Below are positions 31,710-44,560 of a stretch of 64,000 nucleotides of DNA, piece after piece. Made by a program: the position numbers and the translations under genes. The notes under the pieces were generated by a model. It was not told where the DNA came from, ran no database searches, and was given only the letters and a program-made list of their open reading frames with translations. The DNA is from Macrostomum lignano (taxonomy: Eukaryota). How positions within the stretch are numbered: position 1 is the stretch's first letter; each line of letters begins with the position of its first letter. The stretch is taken from the NCBI GenBank assembly GCA_002269645.1, contig NIVC01001389.1, positions 124,001 to 188,000 on the forward strand, written 5' to 3'.

Positions 31710-34065
31710 CTACATGAATCCGAAGTTCCTTCCCTGCTGCTGAAAGCTGCCCATCTGCGAGCACCAGTTGCCACCGAACCCTGCGCCGCCGAAATCCGCG
31801 CCGGACTTCTGCCTCGCCGGACACAGGCCGTCCAGTTCAAAGTCCATTGAGTCGCTGCAGGGGCCGCCTCTGTTGCTGCCGCCGCCACGGCCAGGGCCTC
31901 GGCTGCCGAAACCATTGCCCAGCCCTCCGCCCAGTCTGCTTCTACCGAGGCCGTTACTGAGAAGGTCCATGCCGAGGCCGTTGTTGAATCCTTTGCCAAG
32001 GCCTTTGCCGAAACCGTTGCTAAGGCCGTTGCCAAATCCGTTGTCAAGGCCGTTGTCAGGGCCGTTACCAAAGCCGTTGCCAAGACCGTTGCCAAGGCCG
32101 TTGCGAAGGCCGTTGCCAAGACCGTTGCCAAGGCCGTTGCCAAGGCCGTGGCCAAAGCCGTTACCAAGGCCGTTGCCAAGGCCACTACCGAGGCCGTTGC
32201 CAAGGCCGTTGCCAAGGCCGTTGCCAAGGCCGTTGCCAAGGCCGTTGCCAAGGCCGTTGCCAAGGCCGTTGCCAAGGCCGTTGCCAAGGCCGTTTCCAAG
32301 GCCGTTGCCAAGGCCGTTGCCAAGGCCCCTACCGAGGCCGTTACTGAGACCGTTGCCAAGGCTGTTGCCAAGGCCGTTGCCAAGGCCACTACCGATTCCG
32401 TTACTGAGACCATTGTCTAGATCATCATCAAGGCCGCTAGCAAAGCCGCTGCCGAGGCCGCCTTCGCCACCGCCCCACCGCCGCCCCTCCACCGCCGCCG
32501 CCCCCGCCGACACCACCGCCTCGACCCATGAAGGCTGAATTGAAGTTGTTGAAGGAACCGAAGCCGCCATTGCCTTCAAAGCCGGGGTCCAGCATCATGT
32601 TCTGTGGATAAGTTGGTGGGACGTCCAGATCGCCCCAGTTCTCAGGCAGCTCCCACTCGTCCTTGTCATTCACGGGGTCCTGCTGGACAATCTTGGCAAA
32701 GTTGGCCACGGGGTCCACCCAGCCGCTGTCCATGTTGGCCGGCCAGTTCTCCAGTCCGCCGGACATGTTCGGCCAGGCGGAGTCCAAGTTGCTAAAGTTT
32801 GGCGGCGGCGGCCCGAACTCGTCGTCCTGACCTTCGCCGACCGGGTCGTCGAACATGGAAGCGCCGAACCGGCTGTGCTGGCCTTGAGGCGGGTAGCCCG
32901 ATGCAGCAAGGGCTGGAGCATTCCGCTGAGGGTCTTGAGCCGGTAGCTGCTGCATCTGCGGCATCTGCGGCATCATCATCGGATTGCCCTGAACACCGGG
33001 CGGAATGTGCGGCTGCGGCTGCGGTTGCTGTGGCTGCGGCTGTGGCTGTGGCTGCGGCGGCGGCGGCGGCGGCGGCGGCTGCGGCTGTTGTGGGGGCGGC
33101 GGCTGCGGAGGTGGCGGAGGCTGCGTCGCGGGCTGCACTGGAGTCGACCTTACCGGTGCCTGCTGGACAGCAGCGGCTGGCGGACGGCAATTCATGGGTG
33201 GCGCTGCTGTCGGATACTGGCTGACCGGTGCCCGGTCCCCACCTGGGTACCTGTCTGCGCACCTTTGCTCCTCTTCCTGTCGGTAAGGAGCTCGCGAGTC
33301 CTGGAAGCGGCTGGGCCGACTGTCCGGGTACCCGCTGCGCTGGTTGTCTGCGCACCTTGGCTCCTGTTCCGGCGGGTAGGGAGGCCGCGAGTCCTGGAAG
33401 CGGCTCTGCCAGCTGTCTGGATACCTGCCACGCTGGTTGTCTGCGCATTTTGTCTCCTGCTCATGTTGATAGGGGGCTCGCGAGTGCTGCTGACTGTCCG
33501 GGTACCCACTGCGCTGGTTGTCTGCATATCTTGGCGCCTCTTCCTGTGAGTAGGCAGCTCGCGAGTCCTGGTAGCGGCTCTGCGGCGGATGTCTGCCGTC
33601 TTCTGCCCACCTGGCGCCTCCGCCGGAGCTCAAATTGCGCTGATCGTCCAGCTCCGGATTCCTGGTGCGCCGATCTTCGGGCGCCTGCGAGCAGTTCGAG
33701 TTGGTGTCCAGGCGCCGGCTGCCACCTCCGCACGAGGCCGTGCTGGCGCTGTCGCTCACCGCGTTGCCCACCGTCCAGGTGGGGAAGACGAAGGCCGACT
33801 GGTGGCTGCTGATTGACGCAGCCCGGTGGGAATAGACCGAAGTTGACTGCGTCCAGCTGTCGGGCTCAGCCTCCCAGGCGCGTCTGAAGGACTTTCGCTG
33901 CTGCTGCATCTGAGGCGGAGGCTGCGCCGCGGCCAAGGTGTCCCGACTGCCGCTGGACGACCTGCTGGACGGCGTGCCGCGCAGCCAGGAGGGCCCGCCC
34001 ATCCGGCGCAGCGTGGAGTTGCCGTTGGAGGTGTTGCTGTTGAAGCTGCGCATCGAGTGCGACAT
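31710..34065 (-). CDS. Large single-exon low-complexity protein (about 785 aa if ORFs 34065-32437 and 32579-31710 are joined across C4 runs at 32473-32487)
   Basis: Acceptor TTAACAG| at 34095 is in frame with ATG 34065. Contains 31-aa internal repeats, poly-P/Q, an acidic Trp-rich segment, poly-Gly and dozens of GLGN-type repeats. The frame switches inside the Gly codon run. Confidence 0.7.
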
Positions 34066-35149
34066 GGCCCCGCCCTGGCTATTCAATTTTTTCGTCTGTT
34101 AAAAATGGAACTCAAAGGTGTCGGTTAATTTCAGTTTAGCTTAATAGCTTATAGAAACATCAGAAGGCCTGTAGCTTCAAATATCTATGGCTAGAAGAGG
34201 TCGCTAAGATCTTGCTTCAAAAATACGCGCGCATCTCTATCTAGGAACAGAGCATCTCCCTAGAACGACCTGCCGTTTTCAAATGCTACTGGAAGCATGA
34301 AACAGCCGCATTCATGGAGCTAGGAGTTGCGTCAAAGCGACCAAGATGCAGACATCGACTTCCTGCGCAAGTTCAGCGATTCGATCGAATAGAGATTGAC
34401 AATGAGAGGAAAGACAAAACGCAAATCGTGTTCAGCCGCTATGCATGGAATCACGGAGCTGAGCGGACTGCAGAGTGATTTACGGGAAGCTGATTTAGAT
34501 CTGTTTAGATCAGAACAGTGGCTTCATTTCAGTTGTCTAAACGAGGAACAAACGAATACCCGGCCATTCTCTTGGCCGGTCGCAATGGTACAACAGGCGA
34601 GAGGGATCGACATGCAATTAAACACAGTAAGCCCAGAGAATCCATTGCATTGTTGCTGCTTCATATTTAAGTTGTTGGTGTTGATGAACTCAGGCGCTTG
34701 CACCCTCGGACATGTTTGTTCTGTCTATAGTACGAGCTATCTTATTGCTGCGTTTTTCCCAAAGTAAAGATGGAATTTTCCAACAATGACCGGTCAGTGT
34801 CTGAATGTCGTTGCCATGATGATTTGAACCGCTGGGTGTCTGTCCATGGTCAAATCTGCACCAGAGTGTGGAAAGTGAGTTGTTAAGACTGAAACGGGGA
34901 GGAGAAATCAAAAAATCTTCGAGGCGAAAGCTTAAAAATTTACCCCCCCCCCGTGTGTTGCTGCCAAATGCCTAAGCTAGTCAAGTTCGTAAATTTTTCT
35001 GCTACAATATCTACCCTAGCTACATGTATATCCTGAGCTCCTTCCCTATGTTATTTAACCCTTATGATATTGGATACGTTTCTTGCTCAAAATTCGCTAC
35101 CCATGCACCGCTGTCGCTCTGATGGTGAAACCCGGCATCCAACCGCTGA

Positions 35150-36385
35150 GCAACACTCCTCAGACAGCAGAGACGGACTCCTCAGACAGCAGAGACGGAC
35201 TCCTCAGACAGCAGAGACGGACTCCTCAGACAGCAGAGACGGACTCCTCAGACAGCAAAGACGGACTCCTCAGACAGCAGAGACGGACTCCTCAGACAGC
35301 AGAGGCTGACTCCTCAGACAGCAGAGACGGACTCCTCAGACAGCAGAGACTGACTCCTCAGACAGCAGAGACGGACTCCTCAGACAGCAGAGACGGACTC
35401 CTCGGACAGCAGAGACGGACTCCTCAGACAGCAGAGACGGACTCCTCAGACAGCAGAGACGGACTCCTCAGACAGCAGAGACGGACTTCTCAGACAGCAA
35501 AGACTGACTCCTCAGACAGCAGAGACGGACTTCTCAGACAGCAAAGACTGACTCCTCAGACCCTCAGACAGCAGACTGACTCCTCAGACAGCAGAGACGG
35601 ACTTCTCAGACAGCAAAGACTGACTCCTCAGACAGCAGAGACGGACTTCTCAGACAGCAGAGACGGACTCCTCAGACAGCAGAGACGGACTCCTCAGACA
35701 GCAGAGACTGACTCCTCAGACAGCAGAGACGGACTCCTCAGACAGCAGAGACGGACTCCTCGGACAGCAGAGACGGACTCCTCAGACAGCAGAGACGGAC
35801 TCCTCAGACAGCAGAGACGGACTCCTCAGACAGCAGAGACGGACTTCTCAGACAGCAAAGACTGACTCCTCAGACAGCAGAGACGGACTTCTCAGACAGC
35901 AAAGACTGACTCCTCAGACAGCAGACTGACTCCTCAGACAGCAGACTGACTCCTCAGACAGCAGAGACGGACTTCTCAGACAGCAAAGACTGACTCCTCA
36001 GACAGCAGAGACGGACTCCTCAGACAGCAGACTGACTCCTCAGACAGCAGACTGACTCCTCAGACAGCAGAGACGGACTTCTCAGACAGCAAAGACTGAC
36101 TCCTCAGACAGCAGAGACGGACTCCTCGGACAGCAAAGACGGACTCCTCAGACAGCAAAGACGGACTCCTCAGACAGCAGAGACGGACTCCTCAGACAGC
36201 AGAGACTGACTCCTCAGACAGCAGAGACGGACTCCTCAGACAGCAGAGACGGACTCCTCAGACAGCAGAGACGGACTCCTCAGACAGCAGAGACGGACTC
36301 CTCGGACAGCAGAGACGGACTCCTCAGACAGCAAAGACTGACTCCTCAGACAGCAAAGACGGACTCCTCAGACAGCAAAGACGGG
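35150..36385. repeat. 22-bp minisatellite (ACTCCTCAGACAGCAGAGACGG), about 55 copies
   Basis: Direct repeats. Confidence 0.95.
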
Positions 36386-38590
36386 GACTCCTCGGACACG
36401 CCCGCTGGTAGCCGTTGTTGCCAACCTCAAGAGAAACGAGCCGGCAACATGACGGCCCTTTACTGATACTTTTATTGACGATCTGCACGTCCTGCACCTT
36501 GCTAGCGAGGCCCATTTGCCTCTCTTTGGTTTTCCGCAAGCGCTTGTGCTCTAGGGCTCTAATTTGATTCCTCTGCGTTCAATTACTACTACTGCTACTA
36601 CATGTAGCTACTAATAGTAGTACTAAAATACAAATTAAAATGATTCGAAACAACGTGCAGTCTGACTTTAACAGACAGACTTTCTCTCAACCAATTTCGA
36701 TAGGGTTCGCGACTGTCCGGATTAACGCCTAAGAAGGGATGTCGAACACGTAATCTGGGAGGGGAGGATCAAGTTGCCTCATAAATACGTCTAGGCACGA
36801 ATGGCCAATAGATCTTACAACAGACGGGCATTGCCAGTCAGGATCTCTCCAGTATATAAGCATCGAACTATTGTGGACCAAGCTCGATCGTTGCGCATTC
36901 GACCGTCCACAGAGCATGCAAAATCTTGCAAAGCAGCAGCCCAACCGGCCTTTCCCACAGAGCCTTCTTTGCAGACACGGCGAGGGGCAAGGCGAGGGCG
37001 ATTCCATCATCAAAGGCTGCCGCTTTAGGCGGACATGCAGCGCAGGAATGCCCAAGCAAGCGATGGCATGGCATGCAGCAGCAAGGAAACCCATTGAGGG
37101 CTACGGAGATAGGCAGGGGATTATCCGCAGACGAAAGGCAGGATGAAGAATCCAGCAGCGAACCGCCCGCCCGGCCGCTCTGGAAATGCCTACAGCCTGA
37201 CCGTCTGTGCTTATTGCATAGGAATGGAGAAGGCGCGCTGCTTGCTTGGGTCAAAGCCTTGCCAGCTGCGTGCAGAAGCACTGATGCACTGCTAATTACA
37301 ACTGCAGTCACATGGCGTCAGGGGGTCTTGCAAATTGGCAAGTGTGCCTGAGCGGAGCGTAGACAAGCCCCATGCAGAAGAACGTCAGTGCTGGATGCAT
37401 TTATTGATTATATTCAAGCTGAAACTCATCGGCTGCCCGCAAAGTACCGATCGACAATAAGCATCGCGCGCTATGATTACAGATTCGCACCTGACACGCG
37501 TTTGTTTATCTTTGCGAAAACTGAAACCACTGGGTGCGTGCATTTGCAGGCTGCAGTGCACGCCGATTCGGACATGTGCAACAATTTATGCCTGCCTGTG
37601 GTTTTGGAAAGTTCCAATAATGAAATTCAATGATTTTCAGGCTGAAGTTCAGTCTGGAATTGGAGCTTGGAGAAGAGATGAGTAGATAGAAACAATTGTA
37701 CCGAATCTCTTATGATGTGTGATAGTGTGTGCCCCCTGCGTGCGTAATCCGGTACATGTGGGTTCAGACTAACCCCTGAAGCTTATTAGCAAGGCTTGGG
37801 GATAATCAGCAAGCCCAGCAGCCGCGCAGTGCTTACCCAGCATCAGACGGCGAAAAGAAACGCAGGCATAAAAATGCGAATGCCAAAGGCTGCCACTTGT
37901 GAATTGCATAGAAAAGTTCGCAGATGCATAAATAGGCAGTATTATTAATTTAGGACACAAAAACTCGCAAGTTCAAAAAAAAGATCCAATTGCGCATGCA
38001 AAAAATTGACATTCAGACTGGGGAAAAACTATTCCATGATGAAGAATTGTCGGGGAAGATTAACAGTCTGAGCTTGGAAGGATAAATTTGATAATAATTA
38101 CAGGTAATAATTAGCTAAAAGTACAAGTTACCATAGACATGTGAGCGTATTTTACAAGCATCGGCTTATGCGCAAAATACTCAATATTGATGGAGAGCCG
38201 CAGTACAAGGTAAGATGAACTGTTTTGTAAGCAGGTAAAAATTTTGCATTTTCAAAAATGTTGCTAAATGTTGAGACAAAAATTTGTTAACAGTAGGACA
38301 AAACAGAACAGAATAAAAACACGAATGAAAACTCAAAACTAGCTGCACCAGAACTACTCTCAATACGGGAGCTTGTTTCAAAATCATGAAATAAAAATTG
38401 TTATACAAAACTTTGGTTAAAACTTGATAAAAATTTCAATACATTGTCGATGTGCATTAATATTTGATAAATATACCAATCGATTTTGGTTAGAAATAAC
38501 TCTCAGCGTGATAATTATGGCCGCATCTGCCAAAACTGTTTACTTGGGAACCTCAGGCGGAACTGGACTGGGTTAAGCTGACTAGGACAT

Positions 38591-39166
38591 GGATATCTGA
38601 GCATAACTATCTGGAAGCAAAGCCACTCCATTGCAAACCCGATGGCTAACTCAAGGACATCTGAGCATAACTATCTGGAAGCAAAGCCACTCGTTTGCAA
38701 ACCCAATGGCTAACTCAAGGACATCTAAGCATAACTATCTGGAAGCAAGGCCACTCCATTGCAAACCCGATGGCTAACTCAAGGACATCTAAGCATAATT
38801 ATCTGGAAGCAAGGCCACTCCATTGCAAACCCGATGGCTAACTCAAGGACATCTAAGCATAATTATCTGGAAGCAAGGCCACTCCATTGCAAACCCGATG
38901 GCTAACTCAAGGACATCTAAGCATAATTATCTGGAAGCAAGGCCACTCCATTGCAAACCCGATGGCTAACTCAAGGACATCTAAGCATAACTATCTGGAA
39001 GCAAGGCCACTCCATTGCAAACCCGATGGCTAACTCAAGGACATCTAAGCATAATTATCTGGAAGCAAGGCCACTCCATTGCAAACCCGATGGCTAACTC
39101 AAGGACATCTAAGCATAATTATCTGGAAGCAAAGCCACTCCATCACAGACCCGATGGCTAACTCAC
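38591..39166. repeat. 64-bp tandem repeat, 9 copies
   Basis: GGACATCT recurs at 38655, 38719, 38783 ... 39103. Confidence 0.95.
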
Positions 39167-39621
39167 TTTTCAGATAGTGATCATTCCAGAATCCAGCTAG
39201 CTACAGTCCAGATTTCCATGAGCCCCAGTGAGTCACAAGCCCGGCCTAAAGCATTGTAAGAGCAGAAGAGTGTAAAACCGCTCCCCCCGCAAACTGCAGA
39301 GCGGACAAAGAGGATGTCCTTCAAGTAGGCTGTGAGTGCCTGTGAGTCATCCGGTGGACAGGCCAGACTGCTGGGACTTTCAGGGCAGAGGAACACATGA
39401 TTCTATAATTATAGTTTAGTGCAATTTTAGAACACTCAAATGTTCTTTGTCGCTCAGCTTTCAAGTCTTCAAACAGTGTTGGCTCTGTCTTCTTTAGCAA
39501 AGCTTTAAACTTATGGAAAATCGCTAGCAAAATTATCGGTTTTGAAGCTAATTATTTGAAGATTATTCAATTATTTGAAGCTAATAATTATATAGTTGAC
39601 GGACTGAGAAAAAAATATACA

Positions 39622-40245
39622 AAATGGCACGCCCAGGATCCGAAATGGCATATCTAGGATCCGAAATGGCACACCCAGGATCCGAAATGGCACGCACAGA
39701 ATCCGAAATGGCATATCTAGGATCCGAAATGGGACACCCAGGATCCGAAATGGCACATCCAGGATCCGAAATGGCACGCCCAGGATCCGAAATAGCACAT
39801 CTAGGATAAGAAATGGCACATCTAGGATCCGAAATGGCACATCTAGGATCCGAAACGGCACGCCCAGGATCCGAAATGGCACATCTAGGATAAGAAATGG
39901 CACATCTAGGATCCAAAATGGCACATCTAGGATCCGAAATGGCACACCCAGTATCCGAAATGGCACACCCAGGATCCGAAATGGCACATCTAGGATCCGA
40001 AATGGCACACACAGGATCCGAAATGGCACATCTAGGATCCGAAATGGCACACCCAGTATCCGAAATGGCACACCCAGGATCCGAAATGGCACACCCAGGA
40101 TCCGAAATGGCACATCTAGGATCCGAAATGGCACACACAGGATCCGAAATGGCAATCTAGGATCCGAAATGGCACATCTAGGATCCGAAATGGCACGCCC
40201 AGGATCCGAAATGGCACATCAAGGATCCGAAATGGCACATCAAGG
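39622..40245. repeat. 21-bp minisatellite (GGATCCGAAATGGCACATCTA), about 30 copies
   Basis: Direct repeats; most units carry a BamHI site. Confidence 0.95.
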
Positions 40246-40826
40246 ACTTAAAACGCCTTTTTAAGATCTAGAAGGTTACCCATAGTCCTAACTTCGCACT
40301 AATCAGGTCCTTAGCTGCCCCTAGCAAGCCTGAGTCCCCAGCTCAGTTAGAAAATAAACTTCAAGCCACAGCGGCGCAGGTTTGCCAAACACAACTTGCT
40401 AATGAATAATTTATATGGATATGAAACGCAAGCTTTAATATAATAGGTATTGCATAATACGCAGATAGCGGGCTACTCGTTCAGTGACTTCGGCCGCGCA
40501 CTTTTTCGATAGGTAGAATAAAAAATAAATTTTAATGCTTACATAAAAAGAATTACCAAGTGCACTTTAGCGGTGTAGCTGCTGTACAACACGCAACAGA
40601 TAAGCTGAGCTCTCAATCGCAATAAAAAAAACCGACAATCAAAGACAAAATTTCTTTAAGTCGGATTATCAGATAAAACAAGATGGGGGACATCAGAGTC
40701 GGGGCGGAGACACTGGGCAGCTGGGGGACAGTCCACCCGGCACACAATGGAATCCCGGCTCCCCAGCAGTCCGCCAGTTGCCCGCGGTATCCCCAAAACT
40801 GCAGTTCGAGGTGTCAGCCAAACCAG

Positions 40827-43800
40827 TCAGACAGCGGAGAAGCTCGCCAAGCCCCAGGCCAACGCCGTCGTGGCTGCCGCAGCTGTCAGCGTCAGCAGTG
40901 CAGCGGGTGAGCAGCGGCGGGCATCGGCTGCGGGGAGCCGCTTGGAGCTCCGCATCCGCATGGGCTCGTGCACCGAGCCTTCGCCGCGGCGGCCCTCGGC
41001 TCCGCCCTGCTCGTCCGGCTCCTTCGGCAGCCACAGGTCCGGCAGCTGCGGCTGCTGCGGCGGCGGCTGCGTCGGCAGTTGCGGCCGGCGTGTTGGCCAC
41101 TGAGGCGGCCGCTGAGTCAAAGGCGGGAACTCCGGCACCTGCGGGGGCCACTCCGGCTGCTGCGGCGGCTGGACAGGCGGCAGCGGAGGCTCCACGCCCC
41201 GCTGGGCAGGCCGCCAATGTCCGGCGTCGGGCGCGGCGGCCACACCGGCGGCCACTCCGGCGGCGTCGGCCGCTGCGGTCGAACTGGCGGCCACTCCGGC
41301 GGCGTCGGGCGGGCAGGCAGCGGCGACTCTTCGTCGCCGGAGCCGACGGGTCCAGGCGGCTGCCGCGTTGACTCCGGCTGTTGCGGCGGCAGCGGCGGGA
41401 GCGGCGGCCTCTTCGTACTGCCCAGCCGATCGTCGGGCTCCTCGTCAGGCTGGCCGACGCCGGAGCCGCCAGTGTCGATGGGGGCCGAGCTGCTGGTCGT
41501 GGTTGACTTGGTGGTGGTTGTCGGCGTTGTCGTTGTCGTCGTTGTGGTCGGAGCTGTGGTAGTTTTGGTTGTTGTGGTGGTGGTTGTCGTTGTCGTGCTG
41601 CTGCTGGTGGTGGTGGTGGGCGGCTCGGTGGGCAGCCAGAGCCGCTCGGTGGTTCGCTCGGTGTCGGGCAGCGCGGGAACCGCGGGTGGCTCGGCATCGC
41701 CGGAGCTGATGGGGCGGCTGGGGCGGCTGGGGCTGACCGAGGGCGGATGGTCGCCGCTGCCGATTCCGCCAGTCGGTCGCGACGATGACGGCGCAGGCGG
41801 CTGCGGCCACGGGGTCCAGCGCTCCAGCGGTGGGGGCGGCGGCCGAGTTGGGGCGAGCGTAGACAGCGCCAGCACCGTCGTATCGGCAGCCGCCGGCCTC
41901 CATCCAGCTGCGCCAGGACTGGATGACGAGGCCGGAGGAGGAGCCGCGCCGCTGCCCGAGGCACCGCCGAGGACACGCACTGTCGAAGCGCCGGCGGCAG
42001 ACATCGAGTTCGAGGGCGGCGGGCCCGGCAAGCCTGAGGACGCCGCGAAGTCGCCACGCTGCATCGGCAGGAGCCTAGCGAGCGTCCGCTCCCGATCGGT
42101 GGCCTCCCGGTACTCCCGGTAGCCCACGCCTCCCCTGGGCAGGCTGGTCGCGAGTTCGATTGCCGTGCGCAGCTCAGCCTGACGAGTTGCGACCGGCTCG
42201 GCTGGGCGGGACAGCGCCGACTCCGGCACAGACACCTCCGGGTTGGCCACCAGGTCGGGGCCGCTGGTGCCGCGCCTGGACCGCTGGTAGCTGTTGGGAT
42301 TTCAGTGACGGGGCATTGAGTACTCGTGAATGCTAATGAAAAAGCTAATAACTTAACATCAGTACACCAGCACTTGAGTACACAAACACCCGATGTACAC
42401 CAGCACCCATGAGTACACAAGCACCCATGAGTACACCAACACCCAATGTACACAAGCACCCATGAGTACACCAGCACCAATGTGTACACCAGCACCCATC
42501 CCTCGCACAGCGGGCGCACCTGGCTACAGCGGTGCCATTCCAGCAGGCATCAGGCCGGGGCTCCGCCTGGCAGTCCTTCTGCACCAGCTGCTCCCAGTTG
42601 AAGAAGCCGCGCAGCGCTCGAAGCTCCGCCCTGACCTGGCCGACCAGTTCGGTGAGGCGGGCCTGCCTGCTGCTGTCATCCGCTGGCGATTCCACAGTCC
42701 TCGCATCCGTAGGGCCGCCTGCGCCAGTCGCCGATGAGGCGCCAATCATGGCGCCGGTTTTCAGACGCGGAGTCCCGCAGGCGCCTGTGATCCGTGCCTG
42801 CAGCTGGTCCTTGCGCTCCTGCATCTCCATGATTCCGACGCTTATGCGTAAGCCGAGCTGCCGCAACGCCTGCAGAACAGATGCGGGTTTGAGGGAAAAT
42901 AAATCTCAGCAATAAATGAAAGCATTGTTCTCAAGCAGTTTGGAATTTCCCCATAGCCACAGTATATCCAACAGTAAGCGGACATGCAGTACTAATTAAT
43001 GGTTTTGTATGACTGAGTAGGTGAGTGAGTGAGTGAGTGAGTGAGTGAGTGAATGAATGAATCGGTGATTGAATTGGTGAAGGAGTGAAAAAGTGAAGGA
43101 GTGAATCGGTAAGTGAATAAGTGGAGGAGTGAAGGAGTGAATCGGTGAGTAAATGAGTGAATCGGTGAGTAAATGAGTGAATCGGTGAGTGAATGAGTGA
43201 ATCAGTGAGTGAATCGATGACGGTGAGTGAATGAGTGAATCGGTGACGGTGAGTGAATGAGGAATTGGTAAGTAAATCAGTGAAGGAGTAAATCAGTGTG
43301 AATGAGTGAATCGATGTGAATGAGTGAATCAGTGTGAATGAGTGAATCAGTGTGAATGAGTGAATCAGTGTGAATGAGTGAATCAGTGGGAATGAGTGAA
43401 TCAGCGTGAATGAGTGATTTAGCGTGAATGAGATTTAGCGTGAATAAGTGAAACGGTGAGTGAATGAGTGAATCAGTTTGAATGAGTGAATCAGCGTGAA
43501 TGAGTGATTTAGCGTGAATAGGTGAAACGGTGAGTGAATGAGTGAATCAGTTTGAATGAGTGAATCAGCGTGAATGAGTGATTTAGCGTGAATAGGTGAA
43601 ACGGTGAGTGAATGAGTGAGTGGCTGCAGCGCTCACCATGCGCATGCTGCTAGCGCCGTCAACCAGTCCGGCCATTCTCTCCAGCTCGGCCAGCAGCTGG
43701 TCGAAGGGCGCCGCCAGCGGTGACAGGCCGGCCAGGCAGCCGGCGGCCACATTGGCGCACAGATTGTAGCAGGGATTCGCCGTGGCGACGCCGTCACACC

Positions 43801-44560
43801 AGGCGCAGTAGTGGGCGCGCATTCTGGCGCGCAGGCAGTCGGCGCTCAGCTGCACCCCGTGGCCGGAGGTGACGCCGCGCAGAGTCTCGGCCAGACTGGC
43901 CAGGCCCAGCAGGAATCGGCGCCCGGCAACAAAAGCTTTGAGCAGCTCGGCGCCAACCTGGTCAGGCGTTGAGCCGAGCGGTCTGAGGGCGCCAAATTGG
44001 CGCTTAGCGCAGTCCAGATAGCGCCGGTCCAGCTCGTAGTTGTTCATGGTGAGGGCGAACACCCGCACCGCGATGGCGTCGAACAGGTCGCTGGCAACGC
44101 CCGCCACCGGCCCGGAGGCCGGATCGCCGCGGACGTAGGCGGCCAGCTGGTCGAAGAAGGCGGTGAAGGGCGCCTTGTTGGCCAGGTAGGAGTAGCCGTA
44201 GATGCTCTTGAGGCTGCTGTCCAGCTCACGCCTGGAGGTCTCGATCAGCTGCAGCTGCAGGCGCTGCAACTCGAACATGAGCGAGTCCAGCCTGGCGGCC
44301 CTCGGCGACGTCAGCTCGCGCACTCGGCGGCGCAGCTCGTCGCGCGATGTTGCCAGCAGGGTGTCCTCCATGGCCCGGGAGCAGCAGGTGGCCCGCTGCT
44401 GGCAGACGGACAGGTGAGCGCCAGAGAACAGCCGGTTTACCTGCATCACGTCGAGGCCTTTGCTGGCGTAGGCGGCCGTCACGGTGCCGCAGTCGGGGGC
44501 AGCCGAGGAGGCGGCCAGCAGCGGCAGCAGCAGAAGCAGAAGCAGATTCTGCAACATCAT
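40827..44560 (-). CDS. GPC: Glypican (GPI-anchored heparan sulfate proteoglycan); exons 44560-43637, 42869-42520, 42290-40827; about 912 aa after correcting a 1-nt deletion at the C4 run 41197-41200
   Basis: Signal peptide; 14 Cys in glypican spacing (CQQRATCCSRAMED, HYCAWC...PCYNLCANVAAGCLA, CWNGTAVA|SY...ANPEV); Ser-Gly sites; hydrophobic GPI-signal C-terminus. Intron phases 0 and 2 are consistent. Confidence 0.92.
42355..42500. repeat. Degenerate approximately 18-bp repeat (GTACACCAGCACCCATGA) in glypican intron 2
   Basis: Seen in sequence. Confidence 0.75.
43015..43622. repeat. TGAG/TGAA-based low-complexity repeat in glypican intron 1
   Basis: Repeated GTGAATGAGTGAATC-type units. Confidence 0.88.

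Noticed and set aside
36324-37351. Several 70-150-aa ORFs on both strands
   Set aside because: No recognisable motifs, no consistent splice model, and mutually overlapping frames.
40693-42915. Overlapping alternative-frame and antisense ORFs over GC-rich exons (also 5592-6791, 7205-8665, 32148-33816, 43997-44631)
   Set aside because: Shadow ORFs caused by high GC3 and repeats of the real genes.
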